Origin: an uncultured delta proteobacterium
Lineage (GTDB): Bacteria > Desulfobacterota > Binatia > UBA9968
DNA: 64,000 nucleotides
Direction of reading: 5' to 3'
NCBI GenBank assembly: GCA_963728565.1
Contig: CAVSLC010000003.1
Coordinates: 1-64,000, forward strand
Position 1 is the first letter of the stretch; every line of letters starts with the position of its first letter. Positions 29,809 to 40,323 of the stretch are shown here, in pieces. The notes under the pieces were generated by a model. The model searched no databases. It was given only the letters and a program-made list of their open reading frames with translations, and was not told the origin of the DNA. The position numbers and the translations under genes are program-made.

Positions 29809-31346
29809 TGGACAGAATCTACATTACGACGCCGCTCTATTATGTCAACGCGGAACCGCATTTGGGCAGCGCCTATACAATGATTCTTACCGATACCTTG
29901 GCGCGGTACTACCGCGCCAAAGATTACGAGACTTTTTATCTCACCGGCACCGACGAGCATGGTGACAAAATTGCCCAGGCGGCGGCCGGCGCGGGACTCG
30001 AGCCGAAGGCTTTTACTGACAAAATCAGCGCGACTTTTCGCGCCGTATGGGACGAATGCGGATTTTCGTACGATCACTTTATCCGCACCACCGATGACTA
30101 TCACATCCGCTATGTGGAGGAATTGCTCAGCAGGGTCTATCAATCCGGAGATATTTATTTCGATCGTTATAGCGGGCTTTACTGTTTCGGCTGCGAACGC
30201 TTTTACACGGAAAAAGAATTAGTCAATGGCAAATGCCCGGACCATTTGATCGAACCGAAACTGATCGAGGAAGAGAATTATTTTTTCCGGATGAGCAAGT
30301 ACCAAGATCAATTGCTGCGCCACATTGAAAGCCATCCTCAGTTCATCAGGCCCGAAGGATATAAGAACGAGGTGCTCGCAATGCTGCGCGAGCCGATCGA
30401 AGACCTCTGCATTTCCCGTCCCAAGAGCCGGCTCAGCTGGGGAATCGAACTCCCTTTCGACAAGGGTTACGTGACCTATGTTTGGTTTGACGCGCTGATT
30501 AACTATGTCAGCGCATTGAGACACAATAGAGAAGGAGATTTTCAAGAGTTTTGGCACGAGGCACAGCATTTCATCGGCAAGGATATCCTCAAACCGCACG
30601 GCGTCTTTTGGCCTACGATGCTCTTGGCAGCGGGGCTTCCGCTTTATAGGCACCTCAATGTTCATGGCTATTGGACCGTTGAAGGTAAGAAGATGTCGAA
30701 GAGTATCGGCAACACCATTTCGCCGGTAGAAATGAAAGAATCGATTGGCATGGACGCCTTTCGCTATTTCATGCTTCGAGAGAGCGTTTTCGGACAGGAT
30801 GCCGATTTTCGACGAGAGAGCTTGATCGGACGTTACAACGCGGATCTCGCCAATAACCTGGGCAACTTAGTTAGTCGCATTCTCGCTATGCAAGGCAAAT
30901 ACTTTGCCGGCGTGGTGCAACCGTTAAGCGAGCAATGGGCGGATGAAGATAACGAATTGAAGAATGTCTATGAAAAAGCGGAGAGCGAAATCGGACGCCA
31001 TTTGGCTGAGCTTCAATTTCACCGCGCATTGGAAGTTCTCTGGGCCGCTCTCGACCATACCAACCGTTTTATCGTGCAGACATCGCCATTTACGCTAATG
31101 AAAGATCCCGCCAATCAGACGCGGGTTGGGGAGATTTTGCACCACTTGCTTCAGGCGATCTGCCACTTGGCTCGCCTATTGAAACCTTTCATGCCCGATA
31201 CCGCGAAAGAACTTCAATCGCTGCTTGCTCTGGACGAGGGGGATCCAGCGCTCGAAGCTTCTTGGGGAAATTCGTTCGCTGCCGGCCATAAGGTTAAAAG
31301 TCCGAAAGTGTTGTTCCCGCGCATCGAAGCTCTAGGCAATCAATAG
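29805..31346 (+). CDS. metG: Methionine-tRNA ligase (short form, no C-terminal tRNA-binding domain)
   Basis: ITTPLYYVN.EPHLGSAY, GTDEHG, YVWFDAL, KMSKS; ends at LFPRIE. Confidence 0.96.
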   Translation: MMDRIYITTPLYYVNAEPHLGSAYTMILTDTLARYYRAKDYETFYLTGTDEHGDKIAQAAAGAGLEPKAFTDKISATFRAVWDECGFSYDHFIRTTDDYHIRYVEELLSRVYQSGDIYFDRYSGLYCFGCERFYTEKELVNGKCPDHLIEPKLIEEENYFFRMSKYQDQLLRHIESHPQFIRPEGYKNEVLAMLREPIEDLCISRPKSRLSWGIELPFDKGYVTYVWFDALINYVSALRHNREGDFQEFWHEAQHFIGKDILKPHGVFWPTMLLAAGLPLYRHLNVHGYWTVEGKKMSKSIGNTISPVEMKESIGMDAFRYFMLRESVFGQDADFRRESLIGRYNADLANNLGNLVSRILAMQGKYFAGVVQPLSEQWADEDNELKNVYEKAESEIGRHLAELQFHRALEVLWAALDHTNRFIVQTSPFTLMKDPANQTRVGEILHHLLQAICHLARLLKPFMPDTAKELQSLLALDEGDPALEASWGNSFAAGHKVKSPKVLFPRIEALGNQ

Positions 31347-31353
31347 CTTCCAA

Positions 31354-32145
31354 ATGACTGACCTTGAAAGTCTCATCCTTGTAGATAGTCACGCCCATAT
31401 TCAAGGAAAGGAGTATGCAGGCGAGATTGAAGCGGTAATTGCGCGCGCCGGCGAGGCGGGAATCGATAAAATAGTTGCCGTCGGCGGCGCCGGTGAGATG
31501 TCGAGCAACCATGATGCCGTCGCGCTGGCTGATTCGTACGAAAACGTCTACGCCACGGTTGGTATGCATCCCCACGACGCCAAGGATGTCGGGCCAGAAG
31601 AATTAAAAAGCTTGCGAGATCTGGCTGTGCATCCAAAAGTGATCGCAGTGGGGGAAACGGGTCTGGACTATTACTACAGTCATTCGCCGCACGACGTTCA
31701 GCGGCGAGTCTTCGTTGATTTTATTCAGCTAGCGCTGCAGACCCGATTGCCGCTCGTCGTCCATGAACGAGATGCTGCGCAGGATGCTGCTCAACTCCTA
31801 CGTTCGGAAGGACGTGGAAATCTGCGCGGCGTCATTCATTGCTTCACCGGAAATTACGAGGCGGCCTGCGCCTACTTGGATTTGGGGTTTCACCTGTCCT
31901 TTACCGGGATCATTACTTTCAAAAACGCCGGCCCTCTCCGCGATGTCGTGCGACAAGTGCCTTTAGAAAAAATACTTATCGAAACTGACTCGCCTTATCT
32001 CACTCCGGTGCCGCACCGCGGCAAACGCAATGAGCCGGCGTACGTGAGGTTAGTCGCCGAGGCCATGGCCAAAATAAAAGGCGTTTCGCTGGAAGAGATC
32101 GCGCAAATCACGACGTGTAACGCCGGGAACCTATTCAAAATTTAG
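31354..32145 (+). CDS. tatD: TatD family nuclease
   Basis: DSHAH, GMHPH, GETGLDY, HCFTG, ETDSPYL, RGKRNEP. Confidence 0.93.
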   Translation: MTDLESLILVDSHAHIQGKEYAGEIEAVIARAGEAGIDKIVAVGGAGEMSSNHDAVALADSYENVYATVGMHPHDAKDVGPEELKSLRDLAVHPKVIAVGETGLDYYYSHSPHDVQRRVFVDFIQLALQTRLPLVVHERDAAQDAAQLLRSEGRGNLRGVIHCFTGNYEAACAYLDLGFHLSFTGIITFKNAGPLRDVVRQVPLEKILIETDSPYLTPVPHRGKRNEPAYVRLVAEAMAKIKGVSLEEIAQITTCNAGNLFKI

Positions 32146-32226
32146 CGCAAGCGCGGCATTTTAATGTTGTGCTTCCGTGATTGCTGTGTAGAGATTAGAT
32201 AACAGTGCAAGCGAGGAGGACGAGGT

Positions 32227-32703
32227 ATGAAAGGGAACCCTGACGTCATCAAAGTCTTGAACGAGGTATTGCGCAAGGAACTCACCGGCATCAATCAGTA
32301 TTTCATCCACGCGAAAATGTGCAAGAACTGGGGCTATGCCGTGCTCGGCGAACACGCCTGGTCTGAGTCTATCGACGAGATGAAACACGCGGATCAAATA
32401 GTGGAACGGATTCTTTTTCTCGAAGGCACGCCGAACGTTCAAGCTTACGACAAGATTCAGGTGGGATCGAACGTCAAGCAGCAATTAGAGAACGATCTCG
32501 GGTTGGAGCAGGCGGCGCTGACGATTCTCAGGCCCGGAGTAAAAACCTGCCTCGATGCTCACGACGACGCCACCCGGGAGTTGCTCGAACATATAGTCGT
32601 TGATGAAGAGCACCACATCGACTGGATTGAGACGCAGTTTCATCAGATCAAGGAAGTCGGCTATGAGAACTACCTGGCGCAGCAGATTTTTAAGAAAAGT
32701 TAA
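32227..32703 (+). CDS. bfr: Bacterioferritin
   Basis: MKGNPDVI..ELTGINQYFIH, ESIDEMKHAD, DEEHHIDWIETQ. Confidence 0.95.
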   Translation: MKGNPDVIKVLNEVLRKELTGINQYFIHAKMCKNWGYAVLGEHAWSESIDEMKHADQIVERILFLEGTPNVQAYDKIQVGSNVKQQLENDLGLEQAALTILRPGVKTCLDAHDDATRELLEHIVVDEEHHIDWIETQFHQIKEVGYENYLAQQIFKKS

Positions 32704-32769
32704 AGCGTCTGGCTTCGAACCGTCAGAGGAATCGGCCGTCACGCCCTGAATAGCGCCAGAGTGATGCGC

Positions 32770-33290
32770 GCTTTGCTGTTGTTCCGTCCGACGAATGCCG
32801 TCTTAGTGGACGCATGATGGCGACAAAATATGGCGCGGGATTGAATTTCTTTTGCCGTGTCGGCCCGGCCCGGCTTTTCGTCAGAGGGGACCGACTTCAA
32901 CAGAGCGGTCGGGCCCACGGCATCGGCGCAGTGAATCCCCCTTGATCCGCCGAATAAGCCGCTTTTCCGTCTGTGCGCCGGTGATGACGATCTCGGCCTT
33001 AGGGAGTGGCAAGCCACCGAACAAAATAACAGATGTACCATCGTACGATCTCGCTGGTTTCCGCTCCTCGGCTGTGCCGTAATAAAATAAATGGTTCTGA
33101 AAGGACCGGCCTTTTTCTTGGTCGTCCGCGGTGCCGTGCTGTTCTTTACCGAGCGCAAGTCGCCGCTGCCGCTAACGCTGATTTCCAAATTGTTCTCGTC
33201 CGTTGATCGATGCGGCCTTCAGCCCTCATGATCCAGCCGTATGTGATGCGCGTGAGCTGAGGACGCTGACGCCAAATGATCAGCATAATC
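32770..33290 (-). pseudogene. Decayed DUF4198-like periplasmic protein gene (approximate limits)
   Basis: Fragments in different frames: SAHAHHIRLDHEG*, NNLEISVSGSGDLR, VILFGGLPLPKAEIVITG, PMPWA, DEKPG. They resemble DUF4198 proteins of PepSY/TonB loci. Confidence 0.5.
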
Positions 33291-33584
33291 CCGGATTCTG
33301 CAGTTGCGATTGACAGAAAGCGCGAGGCACAATCCTTGCGCAGCGAAGGCGATGGGTTTGTGCCTCTGAGCAGACATCGCTCAGCGGTGCTTCGAGCGGT
33401 ATCTTAAGCCTCATAGCAACGTCGTGCGAGAGCGCAAAATCACTTTGAAACTTCACAGTCGGACGCCTTCGCTGCTACAGAATTCCACCTCGCTTCCGGC
33501 ATTTTTGGTTCGACTGCGGAATCCGGGATAATGATGACAAATGAGCTTTAACGCGTGAGTTCTCCTCGATGTTTATGTATTCGT

Positions 33585-35387
33585 CTAGATAGAGCCGGCT
33601 TGTCCTTTCTGGAGATGCGCCAATACGCCATCCAGCCATCTTTTGGCGGGCGCTTCGTAATCAACGTCGCAATCGACGCGGGGATAGATTCGAATCGCGC
33701 CGTGGCGTGCCAGTGCCGCATCGAATTCCCGGCCACACCTGCAAAAGTGGTCGAACGTCGTGTTGCCCAATGCCAGGACCGAAAATTTGACGCCCCGGAG
33801 ATCTAATCCATTGCCGTGCACGACAAATTGCCAGAACGGCACGGCATCATCCGGCGGTTCACCGTCGCCGTACGTGCTCACCACCAAAAGCACGTAGTTC
33901 GCCTGCGCCAGCACGTGAGGTTCGCAGTGCGCCATGTCGCGCACCCGTACGGCGTGTCCGGCGCGGCGCAGGGCCGCTGCCATTTTGTGAGCCAGCATTT
34001 CGGCGGTGCCGGTGACGCTGCCGTAAAGCATAAGCAGCGAATCTTCGGGATAGAGTTCTGCGTTCCAATTAGGGAGTGCGTCTTGCGGGTGCTTGTGAGC
34101 ACGGCCGTTGATTGCATTAGAGTTCGTTTGTTCCATCGGGATCTTCGGCACCTCCATTGATGATTGAGTGATTTGTCCTCTAGTTTGTACAACGGGATCG
34201 ATTTCATCTTGCGTAGTAAGGAATTCTGCGGCCTCGCGATTTTCTTGGCGGCTTCTGTAATGGAAGCGTTGCCAGGCCATGGCGAACCCCGTCCAAACCA
34301 GGAAACAGCCGCCAAGCGACGCCAGACCGGCAATGGTCTGGCCGAGAAATCCGAGCGCCTCGCCGGTGTGAAGACCGCGTACCCAAATTCTCAATTTTCG
34401 TCCCAAGCTGGCGGCGGCATAGGGTTCCCATTTGACTATCTCGGCGGTGGCACTATTGAGCGCCAGTTGCGAGCGAGCAAAGATGTGCGGCGCCGTTGGC
34501 TCTTGAATCAGGACCGTGATCTGTCCATCGCCGCGCGGCGGCAGCCGGATCATCATCATGATCCATCCGGGCGCCTGTTCTTCGGCGCGCGCCAGGAAAG
34601 TCATCAAAGCTCGCCAGCGGTTTGGGTCGACTCGGTGCTTGGCCGCGCCGCGTTGCTGCGCCTGCGCCGTCGGACCGGGCGCTTGCGCTCTGGGCGGCGG
34701 CTCGCTGCCGGTCAACGTGTAAAGAAGATCGTTGGCCCACGAATACGACATCACCGCCGCGGTGAGCGTTAGCACGACCAGCACGCCTGAAGACCAGAAG
34801 CCGATGACGTTGTGCCAGTTCCAATCCCGCGCTTTGCCGCGCAGGCGAGGATTGAAAAAGAGGCTGGATTTCAATCCTCGCCAGTGCCAACTGTGCGGCC
34901 ACCAGAGATAAACTCCGGTAATGGCAAGCCAAAAGAAAGCAAGATTGCAGGCCCCGGTGATCGCACGCGCCGTCGCTCGCCCGCCGCCTTCCCTCCCGAG
35001 CCAGCGGTGCCAATCGATCACGTCGTGAAACCAGTCGTGTAGCTTCGAGCCCCTGCCCAGCACCGCGCCGTTATAAGGATTGACGTAGACGGTGTTCGCG
35101 CGACCGAATCCGACAGCGACCGAAGCGGTGGCTTGATTTCGCAGAACCAGGCCTGTCGGCCGAGCGTCCGGATTTTGCGCGCGCGCTTTAGCGACTATCT
35201 CGTCCAAGGTTAACCGAGCAGCGCCGACGGCGGGCACGACATCGCGCACGTCGCGCTCGGCGTACTCGACAAGCTGATGCTCGTACATGAGAATGACGCC
35301 GGTGGCCGACATGAGAAAAATCACCGCTCCGGCAAAAATGCCGGCGATCAGATGAGACCAAAAAATTATTTTGTGCAGCAGCTTCAT
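33585..35387 (-). CDS. PepSY-associated TM protein fused to a C-terminal flavodoxin domain
   Basis: FWSHLIAG, WHRWL, WNWHNVIG and LHTGE (His-containing TM segments), then LYGSVTGTAE, STYGDGEPPD, LGNTTFDHFC. Confidence 0.85.
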   Translation of the reverse strand: MKLLHKIIFWSHLIAGIFAGAVIFLMSATGVILMYEHQLVEYAERDVRDVVPAVGAARLTLDEIVAKARAQNPDARPTGLVLRNQATASVAVGFGRANTVYVNPYNGAVLGRGSKLHDWFHDVIDWHRWLGREGGGRATARAITGACNLAFFWLAITGVYLWWPHSWHWRGLKSSLFFNPRLRGKARDWNWHNVIGFWSSGVLVVLTLTAAVMSYSWANDLLYTLTGSEPPPRAQAPGPTAQAQQRGAAKHRVDPNRWRALMTFLARAEEQAPGWIMMMIRLPPRGDGQITVLIQEPTAPHIFARSQLALNSATAEIVKWEPYAAASLGRKLRIWVRGLHTGEALGFLGQTIAGLASLGGCFLVWTGFAMAWQRFHYRSRQENREAAEFLTTQDEIDPVVQTRGQITQSSMEVPKIPMEQTNSNAINGRAHKHPQDALPNWNAELYPEDSLLMLYGSVTGTAEMLAHKMAAALRRAGHAVRVRDMAHCEPHVLAQANYVLLVVSTYGDGEPPDDAVPFWQFVVHGNGLDLRGVKFSVLALGNTTFDHFCRCGREFDAALARHGAIRIYPRVDCDVDYEAPAKRWLDGVLAHLQKGQAGSI

Positions 35388-35408
35388 GCTGGACAATCTC
35401 CTTGCGCG

Positions 35409-35928
35409 TCACTTACTGTTGTCGGCGCTCAAAACGCCAAGCTCGGCGCGCAGCCAGTCGCGTAAGATGTCCTTTTCATAGCGAGGTAGTGCTTCTCTCG
35501 GGTAAACGTTGCGAGTTGGTAATTGATATCGGTCAAGTCGCGCTTGCCTGATCTCACCACCGCCGCGATGCCATCGATGACTTCGAACTCGAGCATGATG
35601 CGCGGCGCATACAGGCCTTTGTTAATGCGCACTTGATCCGCTTGCGGTTCGCGAAACAATTCAAAGTCGCCGGCGAGATCAATCTCAGTGACCCGGATGC
35701 TCAGTTTCGTAGTCGGTGGCAGTTAGCGTCCGCCGTTTCGATCAAAAATTTTTCCAATTCGCGCAGGACGCCCGCACAAATGGGCGCCAATTCGACGCGC
35801 CGCGAGTCCGTGAATTTCTCCGGCTCGACGAAGCTGACGGAAACGCGAGAGACCGCTTCATCGGGAGGCGCAGAGGCCGCGCAGCCGGACAGACGCAGAA
35901 AAGTAATCGCCGATTTTTTTTGTATCAC
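35409..35928 (-). pseudogene. Frameshifted DUF3016 family gene
   Basis: VSVSFVEPEKFTD, IRVTEIDLAGDFE..YAPRI and RYEKDILRDWLR fall in different frames. Confidence 0.65.
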
Positions 35929-35929
35929 G

Positions 35930-36610
35930 TCACACCTCCGCAAAACGGCGCAGCAGGTTGTGGTAGCAGTTGGTCAACTCAACGACGGCGCCGTGATTGG
36001 GCATTGCTTGATTGACCTTGTTGATCGCCAAGTCGAGATCAAAAAGCAGCGTTCTGTTGCCGTCGTCGCGCACCATGCTCTGCACCCAGAAAAACGATGC
36101 CAGACGCACGCCGCGTGTCACCGGCTTGACGTGGTGCAGGCTGCTCGCCGGGTAGACCACCATGTCTCCGGCGGGGAGTTTGACTGCATGCTCGCCGTAG
36201 ATGTCGTCAATCACCAGTTCGCCGCCTTCGTAGTCTTCCGGCGCGCTCAGAAACAGGGTTGCGGATATATCGGTGCGGACGCGCAGCGGTGTGCCAGGGA
36301 CCTGTCGGATCGAGTTATCGAGATGGGCGCCAAAAGATTCGCCGCCTTCATAGCGGTTGAAGAGCGGTGGAAAGACGCGGAGCGGCAGTGTCGCCGTGAT
36401 GAAAAGCGGATTCCGCTCCAAAGCGGCGACGATGAGATCCCCGAGCTCCCGCGCCTCGGGACTGTTCTCCGCCAGTTGCCGGTTGTGCTTCACCTGCGCC
36501 GACTGATGCCCCGCCGTCACCCGGCCGTCGATCCAGCTCGCGCGCTTCATGATTTCGCGGCAGCGCGCGAGTTGTTCCGAATTGAGGACGTGGGGAACGT
36601 GGACAATCAT
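35930..36610 (-). CDS. piuC: PKHD-type Fe(II)/2OG dioxygenase (PiuC/YbiX)
   Basis: [47 protein letters not shown]. Confidence 0.92.
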   Translation of the reverse strand: MIVHVPHVLNSEQLARCREIMKRASWIDGRVTAGHQSAQVKHNRQLAENSPEARELGDLIVAALERNPLFITATLPLRVFPPLFNRYEGGESFGAHLDNSIRQVPGTPLRVRTDISATLFLSAPEDYEGGELVIDDIYGEHAVKLPAGDMVVYPASSLHHVKPVTRGVRLASFFWVQSMVRDDGNRTLLFDLDLAINKVNQAMPNHGAVVELTNCYHNLLRRFAEV

Positions 36611-36619
36611 CGTGAATCC

Positions 36620-38798
36620 CTAGAATTTGAAGCTCGTGCCTAAAATGAAAGTTCGCCCGTTGCCGGGTACCACGTGTCCCCCGGAGATGTTCGAGTAATA
36701 CAGATCATCGGTCAGATTGATCCCGTTGAGACGCAATTGAACATTCTTCGTAAGTTGGTAAGCGATCGTCGCGTCCCAGAGCACGTGCCCCTCGATCCGG
36801 GCATCGTTCGCGGCGTTGTTGTAGCGCGAGCTGACATACGTAGGGCCGCCGCCGATCTGCCACTTTTCGAGAAAATCGTAGGTGGCCCACAACGTCGAGC
36901 TGTGCTCCGGTACGTTCAACAGCTTGTTGCCTTCGACGTTAGGATCGGGCGAATCGACAAATTCCGAATCCAGATAGGTGTACCCGCCGAAGATGTTCAG
37001 ATTCCGGCAGTAGGCGGCCGGCGATGCCGATTTCGAATCCTTGTACCCGCTGCTTGCCTTCCAGAACCAACTGTCCGGTCAGGCTGTCCGGATCATCTAC
37101 ACGGGCGTCGGTCTTGTTGATTCGAAAAATAGCGCCCTGCAGGCTCAAAGCGCCGTTGAAAAACTGGAGCTTGCTCCCCAGCTCGAAGGTTTCGTTCTTC
37201 TCCGGCCGAGTTCGCTCATTATTCGCACTCAGTTGGATCGCTTCGGCGGATGGATTGAATGCTGTCGCGTAGGAAAAGTAGTAACTCTGGAGTGGCGTCG
37301 GATGGAAAATCAAACCGCCACGATAACTCCACATCTTATCGATCCGATTGAAATCGGTCCGGGTCGGCACGTTCATGGCGTTGATCGCCGTATCGTCAAA
37401 CTCGGTGTCGAAATAATCCCAGCGAACGCCGCCGACGACATCGAAATATTCATTGAGCTTTATTTGATCCGCGCTGAATATGCCGAACCCGAAGGCGTTG
37501 CCGTCGGAACGAGCCGAAACACGCTGGCTAATTCCGGCGGTGCTGTCGTGCGGGTTGGGGTTAGTAGCGTTTGCTTGGGGGACCCCGGTAAAAGCGTAGT
37601 TGGTTCGATCCAACGTCTCTCGGGAAAACTCGACCCCGGTAACCAACGTATGTTGCAAGCCGACAGTATCAAACTTTGTGGTGAGATCCGTTTGATTGCT
37701 GAGAATCGTCTCAGTCAAATCTCGTTTAGGCCGATTTCTGTTGAAAAACCCAAGAGTGGCGGCATTGAAGCGGGGCGCCGTCACTTCGTGCTCCCGGTCG
37801 TTGTGGCTAAATCGCAAAGTGTTCCGTAGGCTGAAGATATCGCTAAAGCGATGATCCAACCGCACCGTTCCGAGATTGAGCAGCGTGCGCTCGTAATCCT
37901 CGTGGTCGAAGCCGTAAAAATTGTCCCGGTCTACACGAGCCGGTCTTCCGGGGTTTCCGGGTTGGTAAGGTACGCCATAGTCCGGGATATTGTCCTCGCC
38001 TTGAACAAGGTAGCTCAAGTTCAACTGGGTGGGAGTGCCGAGGCCGAAAGAAATTGAAGGAGCAAAACCGAACCGTTCCTGTTCGGCGATGTCCCTGCCA
38101 ACGATATCGTCTTTGTGTGCCATCAGATTGACGCGCAAAGCGATCGTCGGGGTGATCGGCTGGTTGATGTCGGCCGTGCCGCGGAGATACATGCCGTTGC
38201 CTAGACTGAAATTTCCGCCGTAGCTCGGCGTGAGCTGCGGAACTTTGCTGCCTTGATTGATGGCGCCGCCGGTCGAGCCGCGGCCAAAATACTGCGAAGA
38301 AGGACCTTTCAGAACCTCAATCGATTCGATATTGAAGATGTCGCGAAAATACGACCCCTGGTCGCGCACGCCGTCGAGAAAAAGATCGTTGCGAGCGTTG
38401 TAGCCTCGCAAGGTTAAGTTGTTGCCCTGCACGCCACCTTCCCCAGCCTGAAAACTGATACCGGGAACACTTCTCAACGCGTCCTGAAAACTGGAAGCAG
38501 CGCGCTCCTGCATCAATCGCTGCGGCACCACAGTGATCGATTGCGCCACGTCTTGCAGCGGCACGGGAATGCGCGATAGCGAAGATTCGGGCGGTGCATA
38601 CGGGTTATTTTGGTCTTGCACGACGACCGGCGGCAGGTTGAAAGTCTCCTCCTGCTTTGGCTCCGCAGCGAAAGCGTTGCTCGCCAGCGCGAAGCTAAAC
38701 GCGACGGCGCGGCCCACGCCCTCACCGGCGGCCAGGCTGATCTTGCGGAGTGTTTTCCGCAGTCGTCTATCATCGGCGTGGTTTTCTTGTCGACTCAT
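36620..38798 (-). pseudogene. TonB-dependent siderophore receptor (Fiu/PiuA-like) with a +1 frameshift near 37004
   Basis: Plug motifs (LRSVPGI, LRG, DGVRD, EVLKGPSS). Removing one base from CCGGAATCTG restores PNLNIFGGYTYLDSE..GNKLLNVPEH through to the C-terminal FKF. May be a sequencing error. Confidence 0.85.
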
Positions 38799-38868
38799 GA
38801 TTCCTCCAGCTTGTTTCTTTCGCTGGCTGGCGTGAGTCGTCTCATCTGCTGGCTGGCTGGTTGATGTT

Positions 38869-39060
38869 TCACTTGGTCAAAATCAGCTTGCCGTTCTTGG
38901 TGATGCGCAAGCTGTACTCTTCGTCGTGGTGCACGATAACGATTTCGCTGTTTCCCTGAAAAAGCCGCTGGCTCTCGATCCGCAGTTTTCTTGCTGCCGC
39001 AGTCAACGCCGCCGCACCGGCAGGTGGGTGCGAAGCGAGATTCATTCGTCTCTGTGCCAT
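38869..39060 (-). CDS. hemP: Hemin uptake protein HemP/HmuP family
   Basis: SQRLFQG..EIVIVH..EEYSLRITKNGKLILTK signature. Confidence 0.88.
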   Translation of the reverse strand: MAQRRMNLASHPPAGAAALTAAARKLRIESQRLFQGNSEIVIVHHDEEYSLRITKNGKLILTK

Positions 39061-39067
39061 CGAATTC

Positions 39068-39913
39068 CTAGTGTAGTTCAAATTTTACCGGCAGCATGAC
39101 CCAGACGGATACCGGGTCCTTGCCCCGGCGCGCGGGTTCGAAGAGCCATTTTTTGACCGCTTCCATTGCGGCCAAATCGAGGTCATGGAATCCGGCCGAC
39201 TGCTGGACGAGCACCTCGCCCACCCGGCCGTTTTCCAATACCCGCACGCGCAGCGTTGTAATGCCTTGCACCCCCGCGCGGCGGGCCGATTCGGGATATC
39301 TCGGCTTGACTTGATAGCCGCCCAGCGGCCGGGCGAGACCCGAAAGTGCTTCTCCCGACTCGGTTCCGCCGCCGCCGGTGCCATCGCCTTTGGCTGCGCG
39401 ACCGAGGCCAGAGTTGCCTTTGCCACCACTGCCACCTTCGACACCGGTTCCGCCGACTACATCGACATCGCCATTACCAAAAAGCGCACCGGCGCCGCCG
39501 GGGTTGCCTTCCGCCTCGTTCGCAGGGCTGCCGGAGCTCCAACCAGCCAGCGGAGCGCCCGGCTTCTCCGGCAAAGCGGCGAGCGGGGGCGGCGGCTCGA
39601 CGATCGGCTCAGGCTCTCGAACCTCTTCTTCCGTGTTGCCGATCGGCGGCTGCGGCTGGGGTGTTTGTATGACTTCCGGCTGCGAGACCAATTTCGGCGC
39701 GGTAATTTTGGCCGGCTTGGGTTTGGGTTTCGGCGCCGGCGGCGACACCTCTACTTTCTTGGGCGCTTCTGCGGGCGCGATCTCGATTATTTCCACCGGC
39801 ACCATGATCGGCTTGAGCGGCTTGGCATGCATCACTAAGCCTGCCAGCGGGATCAGCGCCAGATGAATGATTGAGGAAGCGGTGAATGATGAAAGTAAGC
39901 GCCGATCAGTCAC
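39068..39913 (-). CDS. tonB: Energy transducer TonB
   Basis: SSIIH TM motif, Pro/Lys-rich linker, PRYPESARRAGVQG..LDLAAMEAVKKWLFEPA. Confidence 0.9.
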   Translation of the reverse strand: MTDRRLLSSFTASSIIHLALIPLAGLVMHAKPLKPIMVPVEIIEIAPAEAPKKVEVSPPAPKPKPKPAKITAPKLVSQPEVIQTPQPQPPIGNTEEEVREPEPIVEPPPPLAALPEKPGAPLAGWSSGSPANEAEGNPGGAGALFGNGDVDVVGGTGVEGGSGGKGNSGLGRAAKGDGTGGGGTESGEALSGLARPLGGYQVKPRYPESARRAGVQGITTLRVRVLENGRVGEVLVQQSAGFHDLDLAAMEAVKKWLFEPARRGKDPVSVWVMLPVKFELH

Positions 39914-40323
39914 CTTCCGGACTCCTTGGGCTTCACTGCAATGGCCATTCTGGACACATTGGCACCCCGCGCGATGTCCATGACTTCCACTACACGGCCA
40001 TGCTCTACGCCGTCGTCGGCGTTGATGACGACCAGCAGATCCGCGTTCTGTTCGAGCTGTTGACGCAGCAAATCGCCGAGCGCGGCTCGGTCAACCTCCT
40101 CTTTGTTAAGAAAAATTCGCCTCTCCTTGTCGATCGTGATGGCAGCGCTCTCGGCCGGGGCTTGCTGGCCTGACGCGGCCTTGGGCAAATTGACCGGCAT
40201 GCCGCGGTACTGGGCCATTGATAAGGTCGAGATCATGAAGAAGACCAGAAGAAAAAATATCGTGTCGATCATCGGGATGATCTCGATGCGCGCCTTCTTG
40301 AGAGTGCGTCTTTGAATGCGCAT
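39910..40323 (-). CDS. exbD: ExbD
   Basis: IEIIPMIDTIFFLLVFFM, VNLPKA, INAD..VVEVMD. Confidence 0.92.
   Translation of the reverse strand: MRIQRRTLKKARIEIIPMIDTIFFLLVFFMISTLSMAQYRGMPVNLPKAASGQQAPAESAAITIDKERRIFLNKEEVDRAALGDLLRQQLEQNADLLVVINADDGVEHGRVVEVMDIARGANVSRMAIAVKPKESGR

Noticed and set aside
35633-36643. Long plus-strand ORFs (336 aa here; also 42007..42978 and 37041..37829, and minus-strand 15680..16420 and 53306..53992)
   Set aside because: Antisense shadows of well-supported genes in GC-rich DNA; no motifs of their own.
39340-39760. Low-complexity Gly/Pro-rich repeats
   Set aside because: Normal TonB periplasmic linker coding sequence.
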